From positions 1 to 42,893 of the IMG/VR virus record IMGVR_UViG_3300037424_002455: a stretch of 42,893 nucleotides of DNA; one strand, 5' to 3'. The stretch's first letter is position 1. Each line of letters starts with the position of its first letter. Source of the stretch: a virus. The notes beneath the pieces are model-generated. The model had not been told where the DNA came from, did no database searches, and was given only the letters and a program-made list of their open reading frames with translations. Both the position numbers and the translations under genes were made by a program. Of this stretch, positions 15,796 through 24,087 are shown in pieces.

Positions 15796-16773
15796 TTATT
15801 TCTTCATCACACTCAACTTCCACAACCCGCGGGCAATCGCCAGCACCGTGTCATCCGGCACCCACGCCTTATGCGCGAACTGCACAGTCAACGCATCCCG
15901 CAACAACAACGCCCCGCCGCCCACGATCAGCACCTTCGCAAAACGCCGGTGACTCATCCCCCACACCTTCTCGATCTCACCGTTCACCTCGCGGCTCCAC
16001 ACTGGCATGGCAGTCTTCAACTCAGCCTTCATCAAACCCGCACGGATCTTCGCATCCAACTCCCCCAGGCTGAACAAATTATCCCGGTTCATCAACTCCA
16101 ACAGACGGCGCACACCCAGCGTATTCCCGCGTGTGAAACGTTCCACTGCCCCGCGCTCCTTCACCACCAGCAACTCCACGGTGTTGAAACCCACGCTGAT
16201 CACACCCACCTCATCCAGCAAAGCCGAACCGCGCTCACCGATCATCTGCCCGCGGTGATCCAGCACATAATCGAACAACGCACCCACCGGTTGTGAAGTT
16301 TGTTTTACATCCTCCACCTCCACAGTGTGCGTCATCCCATCCACCTCGAACACATGCGATCCCTTCAACCAATTCTTCACACCCTTCTGATAATCCTTCG
16401 CCGAATCGCCAGTCATCATCTGCAATGGCAAACCCACCATCAGCGACAGCGGCTCATCGAACGGACCATGCTCAGCCTGGTACTGTGCCAAAGCCGCATA
16501 CAACAACACACGCATCTCCGGCGCACCTGTCAACCGGTCAAAATCCAAATTCTCAACCGGGCGCCCATGCTCATGCGCCCCATCCCCCACATAGAATGAA
16601 CCGAACTCCCCGCTCACCAACATCGGACGCCTGCGGTTCTTCAACCCCAGGATCCCATCCGAAAGATGACCATGACCGTTACTCGCCACCTGGCTCACCA
16701 ACTGCCACCCCCCCGGCGAACTCCATAACTTCAAAGCCCCCATCCCCATATCGAAACCAAAATTGATAGACAT
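15796..16773 (-). CDS. parM: Actin-like segregation ATPase, ParM/Alp family
   Basis: FGFDMGMGALKL (phosphate 1), MVGLP, VISVGFNTVELLVV (phosphate 2) and LIVGGGA (adenosine). Strong AAGGAG RBS. Confidence 0.75.
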   Translation of the reverse strand: MSINFGFDMGMGALKLWSSPGGWQLVSQVASNGHGHLSDGILGLKNRRRPMLVSGEFGSFYVGDGAHEHGRPVENLDFDRLTGAPEMRVLLYAALAQYQAEHGPFDEPLSLMVGLPLQMMTGDSAKDYQKGVKNWLKGSHVFEVDGMTHTVEVEDVKQTSQPVGALFDYVLDHRGQMIGERGSALLDEVGVISVGFNTVELLVVKERGAVERFTRGNTLGVRRLLELMNRDNLFSLGELDAKIRAGLMKAELKTAMPVWSREVNGEIEKVWGMSHRRFAKVLIVGGGALLLRDALTVQFAHKAWVPDDTVLAIARGLWKLSVMKK

Positions 16774-16846
16774 AATGTTCTCCTTTTTTTACATGTCGTT
16801 GCGAGCGGAGCGAAGCAATCTCATCGCACCACCCAAATAAAATGTT

Positions 16847-17659
16847 TTATGAACCGTGCATCCTTGCCTTCATCTCAGCCGTCTGCTCCAACCCCTCCAA
16901 CGCCTTCTCGATCACATTCGGAAGATGATAAGCATCGCCTCGTACCACGCCCGAACCTGCTTCTGCCTTCGACTGCGCCCTCACCACAGCCTTCATCGCC
17001 TCACTCATCGCCTCCTCCACCCCATACCCCCCCCCATCCAACCCAAACCGATGACGAAGCAGCTCCGCAGTCCACGGCGGCAACAACTGCGGAGCCTGAT
17101 TCCCGAATGCCTGCGTGATCATCAACTTGCTCTGCATCAAATGGATCAAGGCATCGTACTGCTCATAATCAGTCACCAGTCCATCCGGGTCGTACTGCCT
17201 GCTCCCATCACTCAAAAAACGCTTCGGCATGATCGACCCGTTCGAATGATCCAGCACGAAATCCACGAACCCCGCGTGGACGTTTGGAGCCTCATCCAGA
17301 ACCCAGTCCACAACATCCTTCAGCGGTATGTACTTCACGCGCCATATCGTTCTACGATGCACCAGCAAAGCCTTCACAGCCTCCGGGTGCATCCCCTTCG
17401 CCGCCTCGAACATCCGCACCTCAGGTGTCGAATTCCTAGCCGCCTGCACATTGGCAAAAATATCCGAATTATGGTCCTGCAAATACAGATACAGATTCAC
17501 ACACGCCGCCACAAACAGGATCACCAACAACACCGCAGGGATGATCGCCAGGTCAGCATACACTCCCCCACTCATAGACCAATCATTCCACCACACCAGG
17601 CACGGAGCGATCAACGCCGCAGGCACCATCCACTTCCAATTCCGAGGTCTATCGAACAT
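16847..17659 (-). CDS. Membrane protein (two N-terminal TM segments plus a soluble domain), hypothetical
   Basis: ATG at 17659 overlaps the upstream stop (TGATG). No recognised domain. Confidence 0.55.
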   Translation of the reverse strand: MFDRPRNWKWMVPAALIAPCLVWWNDWSMSGGVYADLAIIPAVLLVILFVAACVNLYLYLQDHNSDIFANVQAARNSTPEVRMFEAAKGMHPEAVKALLVHRRTIWRVKYIPLKDVVDWVLDEAPNVHAGFVDFVLDHSNGSIMPKRFLSDGSRQYDPDGLVTDYEQYDALIHLMQSKLMITQAFGNQAPQLLPPWTAELLRHRFGLDGGGYGVEEAMSEAMKAVVRAQSKAEAGSGVVRGDAYHLPNVIEKALEGLEQTAEMKARMHGS

Positions 17660-18180
17660 CACGCACCTCCTTTCAACTGACCCGTGTAGTATCGAAACGG
17701 ATGTTCTTCAACTGCCTCCCCTAAAATGATTTCAGGTTTTTCATCAACCGCAGGAATATCAAACATCGAGTATCCAGGGTTATAGACACCGCTTGCTGTT
17801 ACATGCGAATTACCATGCTGATCGGTCACAACATCCCGCCACACGATATGACCATTTGAGTCATAAGACTCTGTCCGTTGTGCAAACGCACGCATGTGCT
17901 CGACATAATTTGCATCCTCCTGCGCCTGAAGTTGCGAAAGTTCCTGCATGGTGTAGTCACCGGCAACGTCACGCCGGAAGGATTCCCGATCCGCTCGAGT
18001 GCCCAGCAATCCGTCACGGGTAGAAGATCCCGTCATCAGCGGAAACAGAAAGACCAGGACTGCCAGCGGAACCAACCCACACACACCCACAGCGTGCACA
18101 TAGAGAGGTAACGCCTCCCAGCCTGCCAGTCCCAACCCAAGCCCCGCAAGAACGATGGAAATCACAATAGATCTCATCAT
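17659..18180 (-). CDS. Membrane protein (two TM segments plus a soluble domain), hypothetical
   Basis: Start at MMRSIVISIV with ATGA overlap and GGGAGG upstream. Confidence 0.55.
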   Translation of the reverse strand: MMRSIVISIVLAGLGLGLAGWEALPLYVHAVGVCGLVPLAVLVFLFPLMTGSSTRDGLLGTRADRESFRRDVAGDYTMQELSQLQAQEDANYVEHMRAFAQRTESYDSNGHIVWRDVVTDQHGNSHVTASGVYNPGYSMFDIPAVDEKPEIILGEAVEEHPFRYYTGQLKGGA

Positions 18181-18371
18181 CCACCTCCCGACAGCCACGC
18201 TGTCAAAGCCTTTGCAACCAGAACGATCACAGTCACCAACCCGATTCCAGCAAACACATCACCCAACTGGCGGCGTAACTTCTTCACCCCAACTACAAAG
18301 TTATCCTGCAACCGATCCAACAGACCGCCTCCTGCCTTCCGCCTTCTGCTGACTGTCCGATTTTTCTTCAT
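18177..18371 (-). CDS. Small basic membrane protein
   Basis: MKKNRTVSRRRKAGGG...GIGLVTVIVLVAKAL. ATGA overlaps at both ends. Confidence 0.45.
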   Translation of the reverse strand: MKKNRTVSRRRKAGGGLLDRLQDNFVVGVKKLRRQLGDVFAGIGLVTVIVLVAKALTAWLSGGG

Positions 18372-18442
18372 ATCGCACGCACCGCAAGCAAAAACAGGAT
18401 CAACGTAAACGCACCCAATACAGCCCACAAAATCTCCATCAT
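18368..18442 (-). CDS. Candidate 24-aa hydrophobic micro-ORF (MMEILWAVLGAFTLILFLLAVRAI)
   Basis: AAGGAAGG RBS. Start overlaps the upstream stop and its stop overlaps the next ATG. Not in the supplied track (<60 aa). Confidence 0.3.
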   Translation of the reverse strand: MMEILWAVLGAFTLILFLLAVRAI

Positions 18443-18744
18443 TCACCTTCCTTTCCGCAAACACGGCACCTGGAAACTTGAAACTTGAAACCTGAAACTT
18501 CCGTACCCTTCAAGGGACGGACCCCACTCCAAACATCGTGACGACTCATCCCAAAACAACCCATGCAATACCTCTCCTCCATCTTCACAGAGACCGTCTG
18601 AAACCCGTTCCCTGGCTTATGCACCTGCCTCACCCCCCGCACCAGCTCAACAAACTGCAGGACAACCAAAGAAGTCTCATGAGAAGGAGAAGAAGACGCT
18701 TCCCCTCCCGAAAACTGGCTTCCACCGACAATATGGCTATGCAC
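18439..18744 (-). CDS. Hypothetical zinc-ribbon-like protein
   Basis: CMGC...CRVC pairs. GTG start. First ORF after the ori-like region. Confidence 0.4.
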   Translation of the reverse strand: MHSHIVGGSQFSGGEASSSPSHETSLVVLQFVELVRGVRQVHKPGNGFQTVSVKMEERYCMGCFGMSRHDVWSGVRPLKGTEVSGFKFQVSRCRVCGKEGE

Positions 18745-18779
18745 GAAATTTACTCCCTAGGCTGTGAAGCCTAAAACAT

Positions 18780-19110
18780 GGGGGTACCCCCCACAGGTGG
18801 ATAAAGTTGTCTGACAACAGTGAACGTTGATGTTCACTTAGTGAAGATCTCTGGCATGAGATCTTCACTATTGCCAGAACACTTATTCTAAAATTTTCTA
18901 TATATATATACTTACAAGATATAATGTTCACTTTGCTTCACTTTTCGATGCTTATCCGCAATTTTTGACCAAAAACGCCTCGCGCCGGGCTCATATGAGA
19001 CCCTAAAAAGCGCCGGTGAACGTCGGTGAACATCTTTTGGGGGTTTGAGACCCATAAAAAAAATTTTTTCACCAGTAGAAAGTGCCAAAAGATGTTCACC
19101 GTGCTTCACT
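18780..19110. other. Candidate origin of replication (iterons, inverted repeats, AT-rich tract)
   Basis: 11 copies of GTGAA/TTCAC cores, including the 19-bp unit atgttcacNNNgcttcac at 18924 and 19092 and inverted at 19015-19033. A 13-bp IR at 18839-18851/18858-18870. Tract tatatatata at 18901. Confidence 0.55.
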
Positions 19111-20938
19111 CCTTGTCCATAAACGTGGTTTTTTGCCACTTTTCACGCAATTCGGCATGACCTTCAGAGCCTTTCATCGGGTCTATAACCTGCGGGCGGG
19201 GGATACTTCCCCTCTCACGCCACTCTACAGCCCACCGTTCACACAGACCCTTTACCCGTTCCATTTCCAGTGTCATGTTCACGTAATTCGTCCCCTTATA
19301 TTGAGCGATACCGTCAGTCGAACGGATCGTCTTGAGATTCAGGTAGGTCTTCATCGTATGAGATAGCTTCCTGCTCTTTGCCTTGAACCGGTTCTTGTTT
19401 CCTTCCTTTTCATCATCTTCTTCATCCCCCTCACCCATTTGCTTGTTCTGATCGTCAACAACCTGGTTGGTTGCCGTAGAGATATCCTTCAAATAGATTC
19501 TGTTTTCATCTTCCATTCTGTCGCTCACCGGTCCCCACGCCCAAGCCAGCATGATTCCCTCCAGCACGCGTGCCGTGAAGGTCGCATACCGTTCACCCTT
19601 GCGTTCCTCGGTTACATTCTTCAGGTAATTGCGCACCAGGTCACGCCCCTTCTCACTCTTCATCACTGTCAAAAGGCTCACCGTCACCTGCGCAGTTCTT
19701 GAATCCATGGCTCTATCGATTGCACCAAGGTCAACCTGGCAATCCTTTTGGATGTTGTGCATCATGTAAGTGAAAAGCCCATTACGGATACCCAGGCATT
19801 CCCTTTCGTAGATCTCCACAGGCGGCAGGTCCAGTGGGATGCGTGGATGCGGCATGATCGGAAGCATCTCCTTTGTCAAACATCGGCTCGAAGTTGCCGG
19901 GTCTTGGAAATCCTTACGCATCCCAATCACCTTGGGACCGAACACATCGAATGCCGCCGCATCGAAGTTCCCCATCGCGTTCTTTTCGGACCTGAGGATG
20001 GGTTGCCCCTTCTCGTTCCCACCATTCAGGATCTTCGCGATCATCGAAGCCTCATCCGAATTGGAGAAATCAGCTTCATCCAGGACCAGTGTGCTGTTGG
20101 TAAATAGGTCAAGGATTCGGAACAACGAAGAAGATGATGAACCCGCATTCGTCATGATCGGTTGGAAACAAATGGGACCGATCGTCTTCAACAAACGGCT
20201 CTTACCCGTCCCATAATCGCCCAATGCCCGCAGGTATGGCACTGTCCTGAACTGTTTTGCAAGATACGTGAAGAACGGATAGATCATGCACAACTGTTCG
20301 AAAGTTTCATCCGCGCCGAAGTCGAAATACCTTGCATTGTGCGATTTGATCGCAAATAACAGGTCGCTTTCCTCCGCCAATTCGATCATTTGCGAAGGTA
20401 GCAATATCACTCTCTTGCGGATGATATTATTCGCTGGCATCGGCAGGTACTTTTGTTTGCCGATCATCAAACGTTCCAGCCGGTCTTCCACACTTCCGTC
20501 GGGGAAGCGCACTGCAAAATAAGTTTTGTCTTGCTCGGCGTCATATTCCAAACCGATGAAATGCTCAAACAACCATCCACCTGTGATGAACATCGGTTCC
20601 TGGTCGTCGTCATCCTGCCCCTTTTTCTTATGACCGTTCAAATTCTTTAGGCGCTCTGTCCATTGTGTGCTTTTGATCTCAGCCGCCATGCATAATGCAT
20701 CCTTGAAACCGGCTCGATCATCAGGACTCAACAACGCCACACCGTTCTTGAAGAAATCGTTCAACGCATCGGTCTTATCGGTCATGTTATGGATCTCCCC
20801 GATCTCCTCAGCCCAATGTACGATGAAAGGCTTGGCGCCAACCATCCATGCTTCTACCTGGCGCGCCTGTTCGTCGGGTTGAACATCTTTCTTCACCCAC
20901 TCCTGCAATTGCGCATTCGCATCCTTGATCTTAGGCAT
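19106..20938 (-). CDS. P-loop NTPase, putative replicative helicase-type ATPase
   Basis: GDYGTGKS (Walker A) and LVLDEADF (Walker B). Start at MPKIKD with a GAGGAG RBS, overlapping the primase stop. Confidence 0.65.
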   Translation of the reverse strand: MPKIKDANAQLQEWVKKDVQPDEQARQVEAWMVGAKPFIVHWAEEIGEIHNMTDKTDALNDFFKNGVALLSPDDRAGFKDALCMAAEIKSTQWTERLKNLNGHKKKGQDDDDQEPMFITGGWLFEHFIGLEYDAEQDKTYFAVRFPDGSVEDRLERLMIGKQKYLPMPANNIIRKRVILLPSQMIELAEESDLLFAIKSHNARYFDFGADETFEQLCMIYPFFTYLAKQFRTVPYLRALGDYGTGKSRLLKTIGPICFQPIMTNAGSSSSSLFRILDLFTNSTLVLDEADFSNSDEASMIAKILNGGNEKGQPILRSEKNAMGNFDAAAFDVFGPKVIGMRKDFQDPATSSRCLTKEMLPIMPHPRIPLDLPPVEIYERECLGIRNGLFTYMMHNIQKDCQVDLGAIDRAMDSRTAQVTVSLLTVMKSEKGRDLVRNYLKNVTEERKGERYATFTARVLEGIMLAWAWGPVSDRMEDENRIYLKDISTATNQVVDDQNKQMGEGDEEDDEKEGNKNRFKAKSRKLSHTMKTYLNLKTIRSTDGIAQYKGTNYVNMTLEMERVKGLCERWAVEWRERGSIPRPQVIDPMKGSEGHAELREKWQKTTFMDKE

Positions 20939-22109
20939 CTTGCGACTCCTCGCCCTGGTTTCTCGCATCTTCCCTCGTCCATTGCCTGCTCATCCTAAGG
21001 ATCTGTATCTTGGGTCCCAGCAGTTTTGCCGCCACATGCAAAGCCTTTTGCCCTGCCTCATCGTCATCCAGCGATAGAAACACAGCCGGATGCTTCTTGA
21101 TGAAGCCTGCCAGCTTGCGCATTCTCTCCCCATCCTCAGGGCTCATCTGTGTAGGGTCTCCCAACAGCCCACAGAACGCCATGCTTCCCTGTCCCCATTG
21201 TCCGAATGTGATCGCATCCCCCTGCCCCTCCACACATACCAACGCCCTGTCTGTCCGATGTGCATGGTTGAAATAAGGCTGTTTGGGTCCAGCCAGTAGC
21301 TTGTACGGGTTGAAAGATTTCCATTCCCGTTGCTTTCCATTGTCTTTGATTTTGTCGAAGCCAGGCAATTGCCTTCGGCTCAAATAATTCACGCCTCCAC
21401 GATGCTGGTGTGAATAGATCAATCCCGGCTTATCCATCAACCCGTGGATGCGACCCTTATTCGTCCATTCCATATCGAAGTCTTCATGATCAAGAAGATT
21501 ATGTTTTATTCCCCATGTGCCCACGTCCCCATCGAAGCCAAATATAGCCACGCCTGCAGGAGATAACGGGTCTATCCCATAGAGCGAAAATTCGCCCTTC
21601 ATGTCGTTGATTTGTTTCTCAGTCTTCCGCCCCGAGAACCCCAACACAGCCGCATTGATCGTCACATCATACCAGCCGCGCCCGTGTGCATAAGCCAAAG
21701 CCTCATCATCTGGCTTGATGCCTTTTTCTTCATCCCCCATCAACCATCGGTGAAAAACGCTCGCCGCCACCGAAAATACATCAGCAGTAGCACGTTGTCG
21801 TTTTACTTCACTCTCGTTCACCGCCTGGAAGCGTGGCATCTCTATATTGGCACGCCGCGCCAGGATGTTCACTGCATCCATAAACTCGATGCCCTTCTCA
21901 TGCATCACCCACCCGAACACATCCCCGTTCCAGTTCTGTGAATACCAGAACACGCGTTGCATGTCTGTGCGAACCTTCATCGAATCGTGCTTTGTTGCCG
22001 TTCTCAGCCTGCCATGCCCGCGCAGGTGAATACCGCTTTCAGCGAGCACATCCTCGATCGGGTTTGCGTCTCGAACCTTCTCAATGAAATCATCAAAGTT
22101 GTCTGCCAT
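20931..22109 (-). CDS. DnaG-like DNA primase (Toprim)
   Basis: LVCVEGQGDAITF (Toprim EGxxD) and FLSLDDDEAGQKA (DxD). The N-terminal region is primase-like. Confidence 0.7.
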   Translation of the reverse strand: MADNFDDFIEKVRDANPIEDVLAESGIHLRGHGRLRTATKHDSMKVRTDMQRVFWYSQNWNGDVFGWVMHEKGIEFMDAVNILARRANIEMPRFQAVNESEVKRQRATADVFSVAASVFHRWLMGDEEKGIKPDDEALAYAHGRGWYDVTINAAVLGFSGRKTEKQINDMKGEFSLYGIDPLSPAGVAIFGFDGDVGTWGIKHNLLDHEDFDMEWTNKGRIHGLMDKPGLIYSHQHRGGVNYLSRRQLPGFDKIKDNGKQREWKSFNPYKLLAGPKQPYFNHAHRTDRALVCVEGQGDAITFGQWGQGSMAFCGLLGDPTQMSPEDGERMRKLAGFIKKHPAVFLSLDDDEAGQKALHVAAKLLGPKIQILRMSRQWTREDARNQGEESQDA

Positions 22110-22223
22110 TAGCCTTTACCCGTTTTTCCAGAAATTTATTACCTATATGAGCCTGCCCGCCGCGCGGACCTGCCCAAAACCAAGAGATCTTCGCCGCCTA
22201 CCCCCACCCCCCTCCCCCCATGC

Positions 22224-22305
22224 CTTATGCGACAAATAATCAATGCCCTATGACCCAATCTGGCGGTCAATAATGGGGTGTAGGGGTGGGTATTTGTCGC
22301 ATAAG
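22224..22305. repeat. 15-bp perfect inverted repeat pair in a 358-bp non-coding spacer
   Basis: cttatgcgacaaata (22224-22238) and tatttgtcgcataag (22291-22305). Interleaved with complementary C-rich (22203-22210) and G-rich (22283-22290) runs. Confidence 0.8.
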
Positions 22306-22467
22306 AACTGTTTTGCGACAGCCACACCCGTTTTGCACAGCACACCCCCCCAGGGCACATAACGCAGATGAATAAGGTGAAGAATGCGAATCTTTCTTCT
22401 ACTGATAAACAAGTGTGTGCGCCACCTTGCTGGTGGCAGGCTGGTGACCTGGGATGAGTTGACATTC

Positions 22468-24087
22468 TCAGTTACCATTTCTAAACGTATCCATACAACG
22501 CTTGATAATCATTTCCATAACAGGTGGTGTGACAGCATTCCCGTATTGCTTCACCATCTCCCTCTTGGTTCCAAGAACAACATATGACTTGGGGAATGCC
22601 ATCGCCTTGCCTATCTCGTGTGGATGCAACATACGGAAGTAAAGGTCTTCAACGGTGAGACTATCTAGGGAATGGATCAGCGCAGCTCTATCAAGCCCTG
22701 TCACTGTATGGATTGGATCTCCCATGCCACTGGCTTGTGTTGTGCCGTAATAATAGGAAAGGAAAGAGCCTGCTGATAACACTGCATGATGGCTCCCAGT
22801 CGATGTGACAAACATCAGGGGTTCATCAATCCCACGAGAGTGTGAGGTACCACGCATCTCAACGATAAAGGATGGATTGATCAAGCCAAATGATTTCTGA
22901 ATTTCAGGGGGGACGGTGAGAATCGATTGATTCCCACTGGTTGTCATTGTGCCGGTTGCTTCATCCAAACCACTGGGCATGAATTCAGGTTTGGCAGCTC
23001 CACCATTGTTTCTAGTTAGGAAACCAGCAACAATACCCAGTGTTTGAGCAGTTGTCTGCGTGGGGGTGGAATCTGCACTACTGGTGACATACTTTCCGTT
23101 GCCCTGGCTGTGTGCAGTCTCTACCATCCAAGGCAACACAACTGCATGACTTGCATCACCTGGTTGAGTTGGAAGTGGTTCACGATATGCGTCCTTGACA
23201 CGGCATTCTAGTCCGCTTGTGTAGCGACCGGTGACTATCATGACCTGCCTGCCGTATTGCTCAAGCCCATATTCAATCCGGGCAAGGGTTTTTGGTTTTA
23301 GTGGAGTTTTGCGATCTCCAATCCGTTTTGCTTCGATGGTCCAATCAATAGCGTTGAATGCGGCAAAGTGGTATGGAGTTACTTGATCATGACACGTTGG
23401 GCATCGATAATAATATTGAGATTTATATCTTCCCCACTTTGTTCTGCGCTTCCACGTCTGGATCGTCTCGACATCACCACCGCATTTCATACAGTGAGCG
23501 ACAGGGCGAAAATCGAGATCTGGCTTGCGATTCCCTCTCTTCCAGAAGACAACATAAATTCGGTCACGGCTCTGTGGAGTTGGGAATGCAAACATGGAAT
23601 TGAAGTAAACAACTTCATGTTCATAACCCAGTGCGTGCATTGCACTCAGCCAGGCATCCCACATACGCCACTTGACAGCATCTACAACGTTCTCGGTGAT
23701 GATGATGTTGTAATCATGGTATTCTGCAAAGCGTGGAACATCCCACATGGTGGCACGGCTGCGCTCTTCGGATGGATCTATCAACACATCACCGAATAGG
23801 TTTTTCTCATAGTACCGGCGCGGCTTGCCTTTTGCCAACGAATGGTTTGTGCATTCGGGACTGGTGAGAAGAATATCCGTGGACGGATACTTGCGTGGGT
23901 TCACAGCAGAGATATCCGCGCAGTCATGATCAACTTTGGGGAAGTTGGTGTTGTGTGTCTCAATTGCCAGCTTCCAATGGTTCATCGCCAGGCGCACTTC
24001 TGCACCCGCCATTGTTGCACCAATTGAAGAGCCACCAGCCCCACAGAATTGATCTGTGAGCGTAATGAACGATCTCTTTCGTGCCAT
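22468..24087 (-). CDS. DNA (cytosine-5) methyltransferase with an internal Zn-ribbon insertion
   Basis: FCGAGGSS (motif I), SPECTNHS (motif IV PC), ITENV (motif VI) and QYGNAVTPPV (motif X). Insert carries CMKCGG...CPTCH. Confidence 0.85.
   Translation of the reverse strand: MARKRSFITLTDQFCGAGGSSIGATMAGAEVRLAMNHWKLAIETHNTNFPKVDHDCADISAVNPRKYPSTDILLTSPECTNHSLAKGKPRRYYEKNLFGDVLIDPSEERSRATMWDVPRFAEYHDYNIIITENVVDAVKWRMWDAWLSAMHALGYEHEVVYFNSMFAFPTPQSRDRIYVVFWKRGNRKPDLDFRPVAHCMKCGGDVETIQTWKRRTKWGRYKSQYYYRCPTCHDQVTPYHFAAFNAIDWTIEAKRIGDRKTPLKPKTLARIEYGLEQYGRQVMIVTGRYTSGLECRVKDAYREPLPTQPGDASHAVVLPWMVETAHSQGNGKYVTSSADSTPTQTTAQTLGIVAGFLTRNNGGAAKPEFMPSGLDEATGTMTTSGNQSILTVPPEIQKSFGLINPSFIVEMRGTSHSRGIDEPLMFVTSTGSHHAVLSAGSFLSYYYGTTQASGMGDPIHTVTGLDRAALIHSLDSLTVEDLYFRMLHPHEIGKAMAFPKSYVVLGTKREMVKQYGNAVTPPVMEMIIKRCMDTFRNGN

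Noticed and set aside
13354-17729. Very long plus-strand ORFs (166, 298, 299, 157 and 274 aa and others) antisense to the minus-strand genes
   Set aside because: The plus strand here is almost devoid of T and G, so stop codons are rare by composition alone. The translations are low-complexity Pro/His/Thr/Gln/Arg strings. The minus-strand frames carry recognisable domains (ParM, PolX-like, J domain), RBSs and coupled starts.
18737-19139. ORFs of 64 aa (18737-18931) and 75 aa (18912-19139) in the track
   Set aside because: They lie entirely within the iteron/AT-rich repeat region, have no RBS and have odd composition. The region is better explained as an origin or regulatory region.
22139-22478. 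ORFs of 108 and 76 aa (minus) in the methyltransferase-primase spacer
   Set aside because: They run through homopolymeric C/G tracts and the 15-bp inverted repeats. They have no RBS and an implausible composition.
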